From: a virus
IMG/VR virus record: IMGVR_UViG_3300028840_003067
Coordinates: 3,786 to 67,785 of that record
Length of the DNA stretch: 64,000 nt
Reading direction: 5' to 3' (one strand)
The notes under the pieces were generated by a model that was not told the DNA's origin, ran no database searches, and saw nothing but the letters and a program-made list of their open reading frames with translations. Position numbers and translations under genes: made by a program. Below, piece by piece: positions 8,609 through 17,603 of this stretch. Position 1 is the first letter of the stretch, and each line of letters opens with the position of its first letter.

Positions 8609-8943
8609 AATTATGCGGGTTGGCACTGGTCTTGCTTACGGTAACGTGTCAGGGGCCAGAACCGAGTTATGCGGACGACCCCTTACATGTCCCACTTGAC
8701 TCTGTGCCGGTCGATGGGTACGATAAGAACCTTTGTAACGATAGATGGAATACATGTACAGATTATGACAGACAACAATTCGATACCAGATACCCAGGAA
8801 CCCCTCTTGAAGAAATCTCGCGTTACCCGCTCAAAGAAGACTCACGACGTGAGTACTCAGGAGCGGAAGAACGGTCGTTTCAATCGTACGGCTCAAGCGT
8901 GGAAAGAAGTACCCTTGGGCTTCAAGATGGGGAAAGATGGTAA
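8593..8943 (+). CDS. putative exported protein
   Basis: N-terminal hydrophobic signal-like segment; AAGGTG RBS; 3' half overlaps the next ORF. Confidence 0.4.
   Translation: MHRNLKLCGLALVLLTVTCQGPEPSYADDPLHVPLDSVPVDGYDKNLCNDRWNTCTDYDRQQFDTRYPGTPLEEISRYPLKEDSRREYSGAEERSFQSYGSSVERSTLGLQDGERW
8621..8636 (+). promoter_or_regulatory. sigma-54 -24/-12 element
   Basis: TGGCACT-GGTC-TTGCT, upstream of the replication gene block. Confidence 0.55.
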
Positions 8944-9331
8944 GTTGCGAAAGAGGGTAGGCCCACCGACGAAAGGTGAAGTCTTAGCCGGTCGGTTTCC
9001 ACATCGAGCGTACGATCTGATTTTTCAGGATGGCGGTCAGGCTACGCCTCGCACGTACCGCGTCCTCTTCACGAACTTTATCGATCCGGACAAATCGTTT
9101 GAGACCGAGCTTGTGGCATCCAGCCTCAAGCATCTCTTCAGACAGCTTCCGTTTCATATTGCTACACTCCGCAATCCTAAAGTCACTCATCATTTCACCG
9201 TGTCCTTCAAGCGGGTCACCCTTGACGGAGGCGTGGCGGAAGAGATTATCCATGTACCATTGGGCCAGCCGCTTGAGGAATCTCAGAGACCCGTGTCAAT
9301 TAATGGTCCCTTACAATTGGAGGAAGACTGA
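8765..9331 (+). CDS. basic hypothetical protein
   Basis: Long ORF, TGATG coupling to the next gene. Confidence 0.55.
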   Translation: MTDNNSIPDTQEPLLKKSRVTRSKKTHDVSTQERKNGRFNRTAQAWKEVPLGFKMGKDGKLRKRVGPPTKGEVLAGRFPHRAYDLIFQDGGQATPRTYRVLFTNFIDPDKSFETELVASSLKHLFRQLPFHIATLRNPKVTHHFTVSFKRVTLDGGVAEEIIHVPLGQPLEESQRPVSINGPLQLEED

Positions 9332-9729
9332 TGTTCTACGTTGGCGTGTATCTACATTATGAGGGGTCAGAGAAAGCAAAAGAGGCAACGGTGAAGGTGA
9401 TCGAGAAGCTTGGTCACAGTCGCGGACGGGCCGACCGATTCCTGAACAGCTACCCGACACTTGAGACAGACGGCAAGAAGTTCCGCGCCTTGGTCCTGGT
9501 CCTGCCGGATCGTTTCAGGCTGTCAAACGATGTGATCAAAATGTCGATGCGAGCCTACGAGTGTGACTGGCAGCACGCCAAGTTCCATGCGTACCGTATG
9601 TCGTGTCAAGACGTGGTGGGCAATCAGGACGTGTGGAGCGACATATTCCCAAAACCAGGAGAGAAGAAATCCGAAGTCCCGTTGATTGTGAAACCAACTG
9701 AGCAGGATATCGCGCACGTGGCAAAATGA
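9331..9729 (+). CDS. hypothetical protein
   Basis: GGAGG RBS; coupled on both sides. Confidence 0.6.
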   Translation: MFYVGVYLHYEGSEKAKEATVKVIEKLGHSRGRADRFLNSYPTLETDGKKFRALVLVLPDRFRLSNDVIKMSMRAYECDWQHAKFHAYRMSCQDVVGNQDVWSDIFPKPGEKKSEVPLIVKPTEQDIAHVAK

Positions 9730-11186
9730 TGAGCTACACGTATATCTATCCTCCCTTCAAGCATCAGCTTGAGGGGATTCAAATTTTGCGAAGTAATCGG
9801 TACTTCGGTTTCTTCGATGAACCAGGTACGGGTAAATCGAAGGTCATTGTCGATGGAACGAACCAACTCTTCTTAGATAACGGGAATAACCTGACGGTTG
9901 TGGTGTGTCCGAATACCGTCAAGTCTACGTGGTCGAATCAGGGTTGGGGTCAGATCAACGTACATACGCCAAGCGAACTTGAGCCGTTCATCTACCGTAT
10001 TGAATCGGGGAAGCGATTGTTGAGCACAGATGAGATCCTGCAATTCAAACGGACGCGCCCCTTATGGGTTGTTGTGAATTATGAAGCACTCCGAAGTGCG
10101 GAGATCCAAGATTGGCTGTCAGTCATCTTGAGTCAAAGTGCTCCGAGTACATTGGTGCTCGATGAATCGACACGAATTAAGAACCGCACCGCATTGCAAA
10201 CGAAAGCCGCGCTCCGTCTGTCGAAGTTTGCCTCTCGACGATACATTCTCACGGGGACACCGATTACGAAGAATCCGTTGGATCTGTACACGCAGATGAA
10301 TTTTCTTTCTCCTGATATTCTTCGGTTTCCCTCGTTTGTCGCGTTCCGTAATCGGTATGCGAAGATGGGCGGCTACTCGGTCGGCGGAAGGCCGGTCGAA
10401 GTCGTGGGCTGGCAGAATCTCAGTGAATTAAAACAGAAGATTGCGAAATTTACTCGCGTCGTCGAAAAGAAGCAAGCACTGCCCGATCTGCCGGACAAGT
10501 TGTACACCAGAATCGATGTGCCGCTCACGACGGAGCAGGAACGGTCCTATGAACAGATGCGCGAATACGCTATCGCGGAGTTTCCTGATTCAATGGATCG
10601 TGCGATGGCTCCGATTGCCTTGACGAAGTTGCTCCGCCTGTCACAGATTACGAGCGGACATTTGACGGTAACGGACGGCCTCGGTACGAGTACGGTCAAG
10701 CATTTCGCCAAGAATCCGAAGATCGATGTGGTATTAGATTTGCTAGAGGAACATGAGCATATGGTCGTGTTTGCGATGTTCATCGCAGAGGTTCATCAAC
10801 TGTCCGCAGCGTTAAAGGCAAAAGGGATTTCACATGGTTTGATTTATGGGGAGACTCCAAACAAGGAGCGTGAAGCGATTCAAGAGGCGTATCAGAAAGG
10901 GGAGATACGGGTTGTGGTCTGTCAGGTCGTGACAGGCGGGATTGGTATTACCTTGACGCGTGGGCACGCGGCGGTCTTTCTCACGAATCCATATTCGTAC
11001 GAAGCACGTGTTCAGGCCGAAGATCGGCTACACCGGCCAGGGCAGAAACATAACGTCACGTACTTTGATCTCGTGGCGACATGTCGAGGCCGACAGACCA
11101 TCGACAACACCGTTCTCGATGTACTGAAGAAGAAAGAACGTCTGAGTGAATCAGTCCTCGGACGCACCATAGAGGAGATCACATAA
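9726..11186 (+). CDS. SNF2-family (SF2) helicase
   Basis: DEPGTGKS, VVNYE, LDES, ILTGTP, QAEDRLHRPGQ. Confidence 0.93.
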   Translation: MMSYTYIYPPFKHQLEGIQILRSNRYFGFFDEPGTGKSKVIVDGTNQLFLDNGNNLTVVVCPNTVKSTWSNQGWGQINVHTPSELEPFIYRIESGKRLLSTDEILQFKRTRPLWVVVNYEALRSAEIQDWLSVILSQSAPSTLVLDESTRIKNRTALQTKAALRLSKFASRRYILTGTPITKNPLDLYTQMNFLSPDILRFPSFVAFRNRYAKMGGYSVGGRPVEVVGWQNLSELKQKIAKFTRVVEKKQALPDLPDKLYTRIDVPLTTEQERSYEQMREYAIAEFPDSMDRAMAPIALTKLLRLSQITSGHLTVTDGLGTSTVKHFAKNPKIDVVLDLLEEHEHMVVFAMFIAEVHQLSAALKAKGISHGLIYGETPNKEREAIQEAYQKGEIRVVVCQVVTGGIGITLTRGHAAVFLTNPYSYEARVQAEDRLHRPGQKHNVTYFDLVATCRGRQTIDNTVLDVLKKKERLSESVLGRTIEEIT

Positions 11187-11473
11187 TGGATGAACCACGG
11201 TTGACAATTGTATCGGAGACTCAGATGACGTGGACACCGTGGGCGCTGGCGACGGTCCGCTATCGTCGGGACGACGGCCAGGATTGGGTTGTACAGGTTC
11301 CATACGGGACAGTCGAGACGATGGCGTTGCTCCCACAAGGGAGTGTGATGATTGTACCATCGCTTCCACACCCCGTGAAAATCTCGGTGCTTGGTGATCG
11401 TTTTATTCTTGAGCAGCAGGGACTTGAGCCTCTCTGTATCACGTGGGAAGAGTATCAGAAGGAGTGGCTCTAA
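11186..11473 (+). CDS. hypothetical protein
   Basis: TAATG coupling. Confidence 0.55.
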   Translation: MDEPRLTIVSETQMTWTPWALATVRYRRDDGQDWVVQVPYGTVETMALLPQGSVMIVPSLPHPVKISVLGDRFILEQQGLEPLCITWEEYQKEWL

Positions 11474-11943
11474 TGGCACGACGGAAGACGGCTGGATGGC
11501 AGAAACAAAAACACACGTTACAGCAACGGCGTGACGCGATCCAGACGTTAATGGATCAGTACAGCACCGGAGAATCAGTGTCCTTGTGCCGGAAGATCGC
11601 CGATATCCGAGAAGAGCAGGCGCAACTCGAAGTCAGAATGCAACAGCTTTCCGAAAATCTTGAAGCGTTGGGGCAGGTCTTAGCGGATCGGTGGCACGCG
11701 GAAGGGATCACATCATTGAACGTCGATGGTCTCGGCACATTCTCATTGTTCCCAAAACTCTATGTCTCAACTGAGAACAAGGAGGTCTATCAGCAATGGC
11801 TACGTGATAACGGGATGGAGAATTTAATTCAGCCGTCCGTTCCACCGAAGACTACCGAGTCTTTGGTCCGCGAACGGCTGGAAGAGGGACAACCTTGTGA
11901 TGCAATGGGCTTGAGTATTACCTACAAAACCACAGTCAGATAG
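11473..11943 (+). CDS. coiled-coil phage replication-module protein
   Basis: Coiled coil followed by WLRDNG..LI..SV..T..SLVRE, typical of genes preceding phage SSBs. Confidence 0.6.
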   Translation: MARRKTAGWQKQKHTLQQRRDAIQTLMDQYSTGESVSLCRKIADIREEQAQLEVRMQQLSENLEALGQVLADRWHAEGITSLNVDGLGTFSLFPKLYVSTENKEVYQQWLRDNGMENLIQPSVPPKTTESLVRERLEEGQPCDAMGLSITYKTTVR

Positions 11944-11951
11944 GAGGCGTT

Positions 11952-12701
11952 ATGAGTAAAGAGGTAGCCGTCATTGATCAAAGTAAAGCCTTGGCCGCGG
12001 CAGGGCTCACCGAGGAGCAGTTAGCTGCGAGTCACGGTGTGTTAGGGATGGAGGCCATTAGGCCGGAGCATTTGCAGATCCCACGATTGCAGATCGCTCA
12101 GCCGTTGTCCCCGCAGATGATTCGGAGCAAGCCGGAGTACATCGATGGATTGATGGTCGGGCAGTTTTTCAATTCCGTGACACGAGAAGTGTACGGAGAT
12201 ACGGTGTCGGTTGCCCCTATCAAGTATTCCGTCAGCCGTCTCAAGTTCACCAACAATGCGCTTGATTGTCGTTCACGGAACGGCATCGACGGCGGACACT
12301 ACAGTCCGACGTGTAAAGGGTGTGACTTTGCCAAGTGGGGGTCGGGGAAAGACGGCAAGGGCACCGACTGCAAAGAGTACCTCAATTTCTTGGTGATTGA
12401 ACAGAAGTCACAGCAACCGATGGTCATTTCCTTCAAGTCGGCTTCGCTCGTGGCTGGCAAAACGTGGAGCACGTTGATCTTAGGGAGAAAGATCACACTG
12501 TCGAGCGGTCAGAAGGTGGGCGCACCGGCCTTTATGACGACGTACAAACTCCATACGGTCGAAAAGACAGCCGGACAAGGCGTGTACTTCGTACCTGTGG
12601 TGTCTGTTGCGGGACCGTCCGACGAATCACTCGTAGCAGAAGGGGCGAACCTACATAGGTCGTTCAAGGGCGAACTGGACGGAGAAGTGACTGAGGAGTA
12701 A
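11952..12701 (+). CDS. putative ssDNA-binding protein
   Basis: IPRLQIAQPLSPQ motif, internal Cys cluster (C..CxxC..C), acidic C-terminus; lies just before the primase. Confidence 0.6.
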   Translation: MSKEVAVIDQSKALAAAGLTEEQLAASHGVLGMEAIRPEHLQIPRLQIAQPLSPQMIRSKPEYIDGLMVGQFFNSVTREVYGDTVSVAPIKYSVSRLKFTNNALDCRSRNGIDGGHYSPTCKGCDFAKWGSGKDGKGTDCKEYLNFLVIEQKSQQPMVISFKSASLVAGKTWSTLILGRKITLSSGQKVGAPAFMTTYKLHTVEKTAGQGVYFVPVVSVAGPSDESLVAEGANLHRSFKGELDGEVTEE

Positions 12702-14359
12702 TGGAGCAGATACGAGTAGAACAGTTCGCACTTCTGTTCGCGGGTCTCACCAGAGCGAAGGGCCGGTATGTGTCTACTACCGACCCTTCGCAACTCGTCA
12801 CGGGAAGCAAGGCGAAGGGGAAGGCGACAACAGTACAAGAAACGGTCACGGTCGAGGATTACCGGAAACATTTGGCCGGTGAACTCAGCCTTGGGATTGT
12901 CCCAATTCGTGACGATGGTACATGCGTTTTCGGTGCAATCGATATAGATCAATATGCAGGACTCGATCATCAGGCACTTGTTAAGGCGCTCGAAGCACTC
13001 GGCATTAGAGCGATGGTATGCCGTAGCAAAAGCGGTGGGGCACACCTCTACGTCTTCATCCAAGAACCAGGGGTACCCGCGCCCGTCTTCATTGCGTTCC
13101 TCAAGAATCTCCGTACCGTACTTGGTATCGATTATCGTAAGGCTAGAGAAATATTCCCAAAGCAAGCCAAGCAGCAAGGCGGCATAGGGAACTGGATCAA
13201 TCTCCCGTATTTCGGAGATTCATCACGAAAGGCGATTAAATCAGACGGCACTGAATACAGTCTCGAAGAATTTCTCGACACAGCCGTTCGTCTCGATCCA
13301 AAAGAGATTAGTGTGACGGCGGATCAGACGGTGCTCGTGCCGACAGAACTGCCTCCATGCCTTGAGCGATTGGTGCAGGACGGTGTACCGGCGGGGCAAC
13401 GTAATGAGGCCCTCTTTAATTTTACCGTGTTCGCGGCAAAGAAGTTTCAGTTAGATCGTGGCAACACGATGAAGGTACTTGATGTCATCAACACACAGGT
13501 CTGTACGCCTTCGGTTCCGAGTCGTGAACTCAACACGACGCTCGATAGTGTGCTGAAGCACGAATACAATTATCGATGCGATCAATCACCGTTGGTTGAT
13601 GTGTGTGACAAAGTGAAGTGTGCCATGCGTCCGTACGGTCCACCGGCATCGATGCGACCGTCGAACATTCCTGAGATCGAACGGATCGAAGTTCGTGGTG
13701 ATGAAGTGAACGAGACACGGTACTACGTGAAGCTGAGTACCTGTCCAAAGATGGTGGTGTGCGATGCCAAGGCACTATTTAACTACGATCTACTCAGGCA
13801 GTATACGCTCGATACGTTGAACGTCATGCTTCCGTCTGTGAAGAAAAAAGATTGGGACACGTACATCACGGCACGTTGGACCGCGCTCTCTGAACAAGTA
13901 CGTGTGGCGAAGGAGCGCAGTAAGTCAGGTATGTCGGAAGTGATCCTCGATCAGTGGATCCGCGACCAAGGCACGAACGATGTCACAGAATTTGATCTGG
14001 GAAATCCGTACGTGGAAGGCAATCGTGTGTATATTAGCTTGCTGCATTTCTGCCGACGGGTGAAGCCGGTGATGTCCGGCAAACCGGACTTCCCCGCAGC
14101 CGCGACCTTTCTCGAAGATAATGGATGGGAGAAGATCGATAGAAAGATCGGAGATCGTTTCTATAGTGGGATCTGGACCAAGCAGGTTGCCGATGCCGAG
14201 ATTACACGAACAAAGACCGAAGAGGTTCGAGAAATCTCCGGCGAGGTTATTGTACACGCGCCTGTGGCGACCCCAGGCAGCATGTTAGAAGACCTGGATT
14301 GGTCTCAATTTAACCCGAAACAGGAGAACACCGATGATTCCCTACAGAATGACTCCTAG
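12701..14359 (+). CDS. AEP-superfamily primase with PriCT-like domain
   Basis: AIDID, RSKSGGAHLY, GNWINLPYF motifs; LPPCL..GQRNEALF domain; Cys cluster. Confidence 0.85.
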   Translation: MEQIRVEQFALLFAGLTRAKGRYVSTTDPSQLVTGSKAKGKATTVQETVTVEDYRKHLAGELSLGIVPIRDDGTCVFGAIDIDQYAGLDHQALVKALEALGIRAMVCRSKSGGAHLYVFIQEPGVPAPVFIAFLKNLRTVLGIDYRKAREIFPKQAKQQGGIGNWINLPYFGDSSRKAIKSDGTEYSLEEFLDTAVRLDPKEISVTADQTVLVPTELPPCLERLVQDGVPAGQRNEALFNFTVFAAKKFQLDRGNTMKVLDVINTQVCTPSVPSRELNTTLDSVLKHEYNYRCDQSPLVDVCDKVKCAMRPYGPPASMRPSNIPEIERIEVRGDEVNETRYYVKLSTCPKMVVCDAKALFNYDLLRQYTLDTLNVMLPSVKKKDWDTYITARWTALSEQVRVAKERSKSGMSEVILDQWIRDQGTNDVTEFDLGNPYVEGNRVYISLLHFCRRVKPVMSGKPDFPAAATFLEDNGWEKIDRKIGDRFYSGIWTKQVADAEITRTKTEEVREISGEVIVHAPVATPGSMLEDLDWSQFNPKQENTDDSLQNDS

Positions 14360-14792
14360 TGAGTGGGCCGCGGAAATCCGCTGGCAACTTCGTCGAATCG
14401 GTTCATTCTTTTATCGCGGGTGGAACGGGTGGGCACCGATCGACACGTGGTCGTTGGACCACTATCTTGCCGGTGTGTTGGCTCCGGCGCTGCGTCACAT
14501 GGCACGTGAGGCTCACGGGTGTCCGACGTGGATCTGTGAGGAGTACAACCTACCGGTCGATGAACACGGTTCACCTGTTGATTTTGAGTATGCGCTGACG
14601 CGTTGGAAGGACTGGTTGACCGAAACCGCGGACTGGTTTGAGTGGTACCACAAGGACGAGATCGATCTTGTACCTGGGATGACGGATGCCGCGAAACGTG
14701 AAGTGATTGCCTTTCACGAAAAGAAAATGCAGACGTTCAAGACTATTATACTTCCGGCATTCGTCCGACACTTCGATTCATTGTGGGATTAA
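14334..14792 (+). CDS. conserved hypothetical phage protein
   Basis: DTWSLDHYLA..L..HGCP..F..LWD signature. Confidence 0.7.
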   Translation: MIPYRMTPSEWAAEIRWQLRRIGSFFYRGWNGWAPIDTWSLDHYLAGVLAPALRHMAREAHGCPTWICEEYNLPVDEHGSPVDFEYALTRWKDWLTETADWFEWYHKDEIDLVPGMTDAAKREVIAFHEKKMQTFKTIILPAFVRHFDSLWD

Positions 14793-16319
14793 ATGGAACA
14801 GACACGTATCAAAGTCTACGGGCCACCAGGTACGGGGAAGACCACGTACTGTATTGATTTGCTGTGTGATCATGTGATGGCCGGAGACAGTGTGTTGTTT
14901 ATTTCATTTACACGTGCCGCGAAAGAGGAAGCGCACCGTCGAATGCGTACCATGTTTGGCGATATCCCGCCACAGGCACGCGTCCACACCATTCATGCGT
15001 ATTGTATGAAACTCCTGAACATTCCCCCGATGTGTATCTTCGAGACGCAGGGTGATGTGAAACTCAAGTTCTATCAGACGGTCGATCATATGGGGATGAA
15101 TAATTCCGCGATTAAACAAACCCTGTCCTTGTATCATCGACTTCGCAACGAGCAGTCCTACAGTAAACGTGTCTTCGATCAGTGCCGAGAGCTAGAAATC
15201 GACGATGTGTTTACGGCATCAGGGTTGAACAGTGGGTTTATTGAACGGTATGAGGAGTGGAAGAAGCATGAAGCCTATATCGATTTTACAACGGTGGTGG
15301 AGAAAGTGGCAGCAGGAGAGGGCACGCCTGAAAAAATCGATGTGGTTATCATTGATGAAGCTCAAGACCTTACGACGTTACAGTGGCACGCCGTCTCTCG
15401 GATCTACCAGGAAGCGAGGACAATTTATGTGGTTGGTGACGATGATCAGAGTATCTACAGCTTTTTGGGTGCTGATGTTCATAGTTTTCTTTCTTGGCAC
15501 TGTAGCGTGGTGCGTCAATTGGACCATACCTATCGGCTACCGAAGAAAATCCTCGACTACTCGCTGAAGATTGCCGACCGAATCTCGTACCGACAAGACA
15601 AGGCGATCCAGACGAACGTCGAACGCGAGGGACAGATTGTTCGGGCGGCATTGTCAGACACGATGCGCTTCAATGAACGCGACAGTGAACTCTATTTGAC
15701 GCGAAACGATTACATGTTGGATCGTGTGAAAGACATTCTTCTGGTCGATGGGGTACCCTATCGCGGGAAACGGTCGCCGTGGGAAACACGTTCTGTGAAG
15801 ACAATTCAAACGCTGGTTGGGTGGGAGCATCGAGAGTTGTCCGACCACGATTGGCGCATGTCAAAGTACGTGTTGCCTCCGACATTTGTGACGAAGATCG
15901 AAGGGAAGTTCCCACAGCTTCACGAACGAAACCTCGCGGTCTCGATCCCTCCGTTGCGTAAGTTGCTGGACAATACACTGTTCAATCGCCCGTTTTGGTG
16001 GGAACTCTTACTTCCACGGATCAATCCACAAGTGCTCCCTGGCATCAAACTTGGTATACGGAAGTACGGTCTCCAAACGTGTATGAACCCGACAATGGAA
16101 CTCTCGACGATACACGGCGCGAAAGGGAAAGAGGCTGACCGCGTGTATCTCTGCTCCGGCTTGACCGACAAGATTAAGAACATGATGGACACGAAGGACG
16201 ATGAACATCGGTTGTTCTATGTCGGTGTGACACGAGCGAAGAAAGAGTTGGTCCTCATCGATGATTTATATATGGCGGAAGAGAATAATTATCCATTCCC
16301 CTCAACAAAGGAGTGCTGA
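14793..16319 (+). CDS. UvrD/Rep-like SF1 helicase
   Basis: GPPGTGKT, IIDEAQD, VGDDDQSIY, STIHGAKGKE, RLFYVGVTRAK. Confidence 0.93.
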   Translation: MEQTRIKVYGPPGTGKTTYCIDLLCDHVMAGDSVLFISFTRAAKEEAHRRMRTMFGDIPPQARVHTIHAYCMKLLNIPPMCIFETQGDVKLKFYQTVDHMGMNNSAIKQTLSLYHRLRNEQSYSKRVFDQCRELEIDDVFTASGLNSGFIERYEEWKKHEAYIDFTTVVEKVAAGEGTPEKIDVVIIDEAQDLTTLQWHAVSRIYQEARTIYVVGDDDQSIYSFLGADVHSFLSWHCSVVRQLDHTYRLPKKILDYSLKIADRISYRQDKAIQTNVEREGQIVRAALSDTMRFNERDSELYLTRNDYMLDRVKDILLVDGVPYRGKRSPWETRSVKTIQTLVGWEHRELSDHDWRMSKYVLPPTFVTKIEGKFPQLHERNLAVSIPPLRKLLDNTLFNRPFWWELLLPRINPQVLPGIKLGIRKYGLQTCMNPTMELSTIHGAKGKEADRVYLCSGLTDKIKNMMDTKDDEHRLFYVGVTRAKKELVLIDDLYMAEENNYPFPSTKEC

Positions 16320-17038
16320 TGTTTCCTACAATTTGGTTATCACCGACAACCTTGAATATGGTTCGTGACTGTAAACGCTGCATGTGGGAACACGTGTTGT
16401 GGAAGCAGAAACGCCCGATGGGGCCGTTCCCAACGCTTCCTCGTGGGGTAGACGAAGCGCAGAAGAACTACTGCGATCAATATCGCGGAGTCCTGCCTCC
16501 GGCCTTAAAGACGTTAGCGGCACAAGAGCCGAGCATTATGGAATTTTCGCTCCACAAGGATCAACGCTGGCTAAATAGCCTGCGTGATTGGAAAGGTGGA
16601 TTGGTGGCTAATATTAAGATCGATAACCAGAGCTATCGGATCTCTGGTGCAATCGACGATCTTCTTGTTCGAGACTCGGACGGGGCACTTGCGATTCTGG
16701 ACGGGAAGTCGAAAGCCAAGCGGCCAGAGCCAGGAGAAGGCGCAAAGTACTATGGCGCTCAGATGGATACGTACGATTTGATTTTCCAGAAGAACGGGAT
16801 TCCAACGACCGGCGAGGCGTTCCTGTGGTATATGGTGCCGGTGTCGATGGAGGATCGTGATGTGGCGGTCGGGTCGGTCAATCTGATTTTCGACCAAGTT
16901 CTGCAAAAGGTCGAGGCCAATGCGGATCGTGCGATGGCACAAATTCAAGAGGTTCACAAGATGCTCGTCGATCATCCAGATCGGACGAAGCCGCCTCAGA
17001 GTGGGAACTGTGATTTCTGTGCATGGGCAGGACGATAA
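16313..17038 (+). CDS. PD-(D/E)XK exonuclease (Cas4/RecB-like)
   Basis: LSPT..CKRC, GAIDDL..ILDGKS, QMDTY, C-terminal CDFC. Confidence 0.85.
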   Translation: MLMFPTIWLSPTTLNMVRDCKRCMWEHVLWKQKRPMGPFPTLPRGVDEAQKNYCDQYRGVLPPALKTLAAQEPSIMEFSLHKDQRWLNSLRDWKGGLVANIKIDNQSYRISGAIDDLLVRDSDGALAILDGKSKAKRPEPGEGAKYYGAQMDTYDLIFQKNGIPTTGEAFLWYMVPVSMEDRDVAVGSVNLIFDQVLQKVEANADRAMAQIQEVHKMLVDHPDRTKPPQSGNCDFCAWAGR

Positions 17039-17188
17039 CCGAACGGACGACAGGATCGACAATACGAACCGTGATCATATCATACGGTTCCGTCGATCCT
17101 GTGGGCATAGCGTGTATCTGCTTGCGCGTGACTTTCAGTTAACGCAGAAGGAGATCCAACTTATTCTGGATGGGAAGGAGATCAACAG

Positions 17189-17440
17189 ATGATTACGGTC
17201 CCTGTCCAAGCGACCCTCATTGAAGGGTGTATGCGTTCCGGTTACAAGATGGGAATGCTTTTTGAGATCCTCGTCGGGTTGCCAATGGACGCACAGCTTG
17301 TGAATGCCACATTCGACAACGGGATGGTGGTGTTCCATTTTACACAACCGCGTGTTCCGGATACTGAAGTGACAGAATTGAATATGGTCATTAAAGGTAT
17401 TCCGGCTCGCCCACTTTCGGAGGAGAAAAAAGATGTTTAG
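17189..17440 (+). CDS. hypothetical protein
   Basis: AAGGAG RBS. Confidence 0.5.
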   Translation: MITVPVQATLIEGCMRSGYKMGMLFEILVGLPMDAQLVNATFDNGMVVFHFTQPRVPDTEVTELNMVIKGIPARPLSEEKKDV

Positions 17441-17603
17441 CGCCATTATCGAGTCCCTCACGACTCCGTTCTGTCAGGTAACAATCTTGCAAGGAGTGAT
17501 CGCATACAGCACGATTATGGTGGCCATCACCGCCATTCTGCTCGTGTTGGCGGTTGGCCGCGGCGTATACGATACGTTTTCGACACCGAAAAAGAGGAGA
17601 TAA
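17433..17603 (+). CDS. small membrane protein (not in ORF track)
   Basis: GGAGG RBS; hydrophobic IMVAITAILLVLAVG; TAATG coupling to polA. Confidence 0.5.
   Translation: MFSAIIESLTTPFCQVTILQGVIAYSTIMVAITAILLVLAVGRGVYDTFSTPKKRR

Noticed and set aside
16313-17038. Cas4-like gene as part of a CRISPR-Cas system
   Set aside because: No cas1/cas2 or array; it sits next to UvrD in the replication module like ordinary phage exonucleases.
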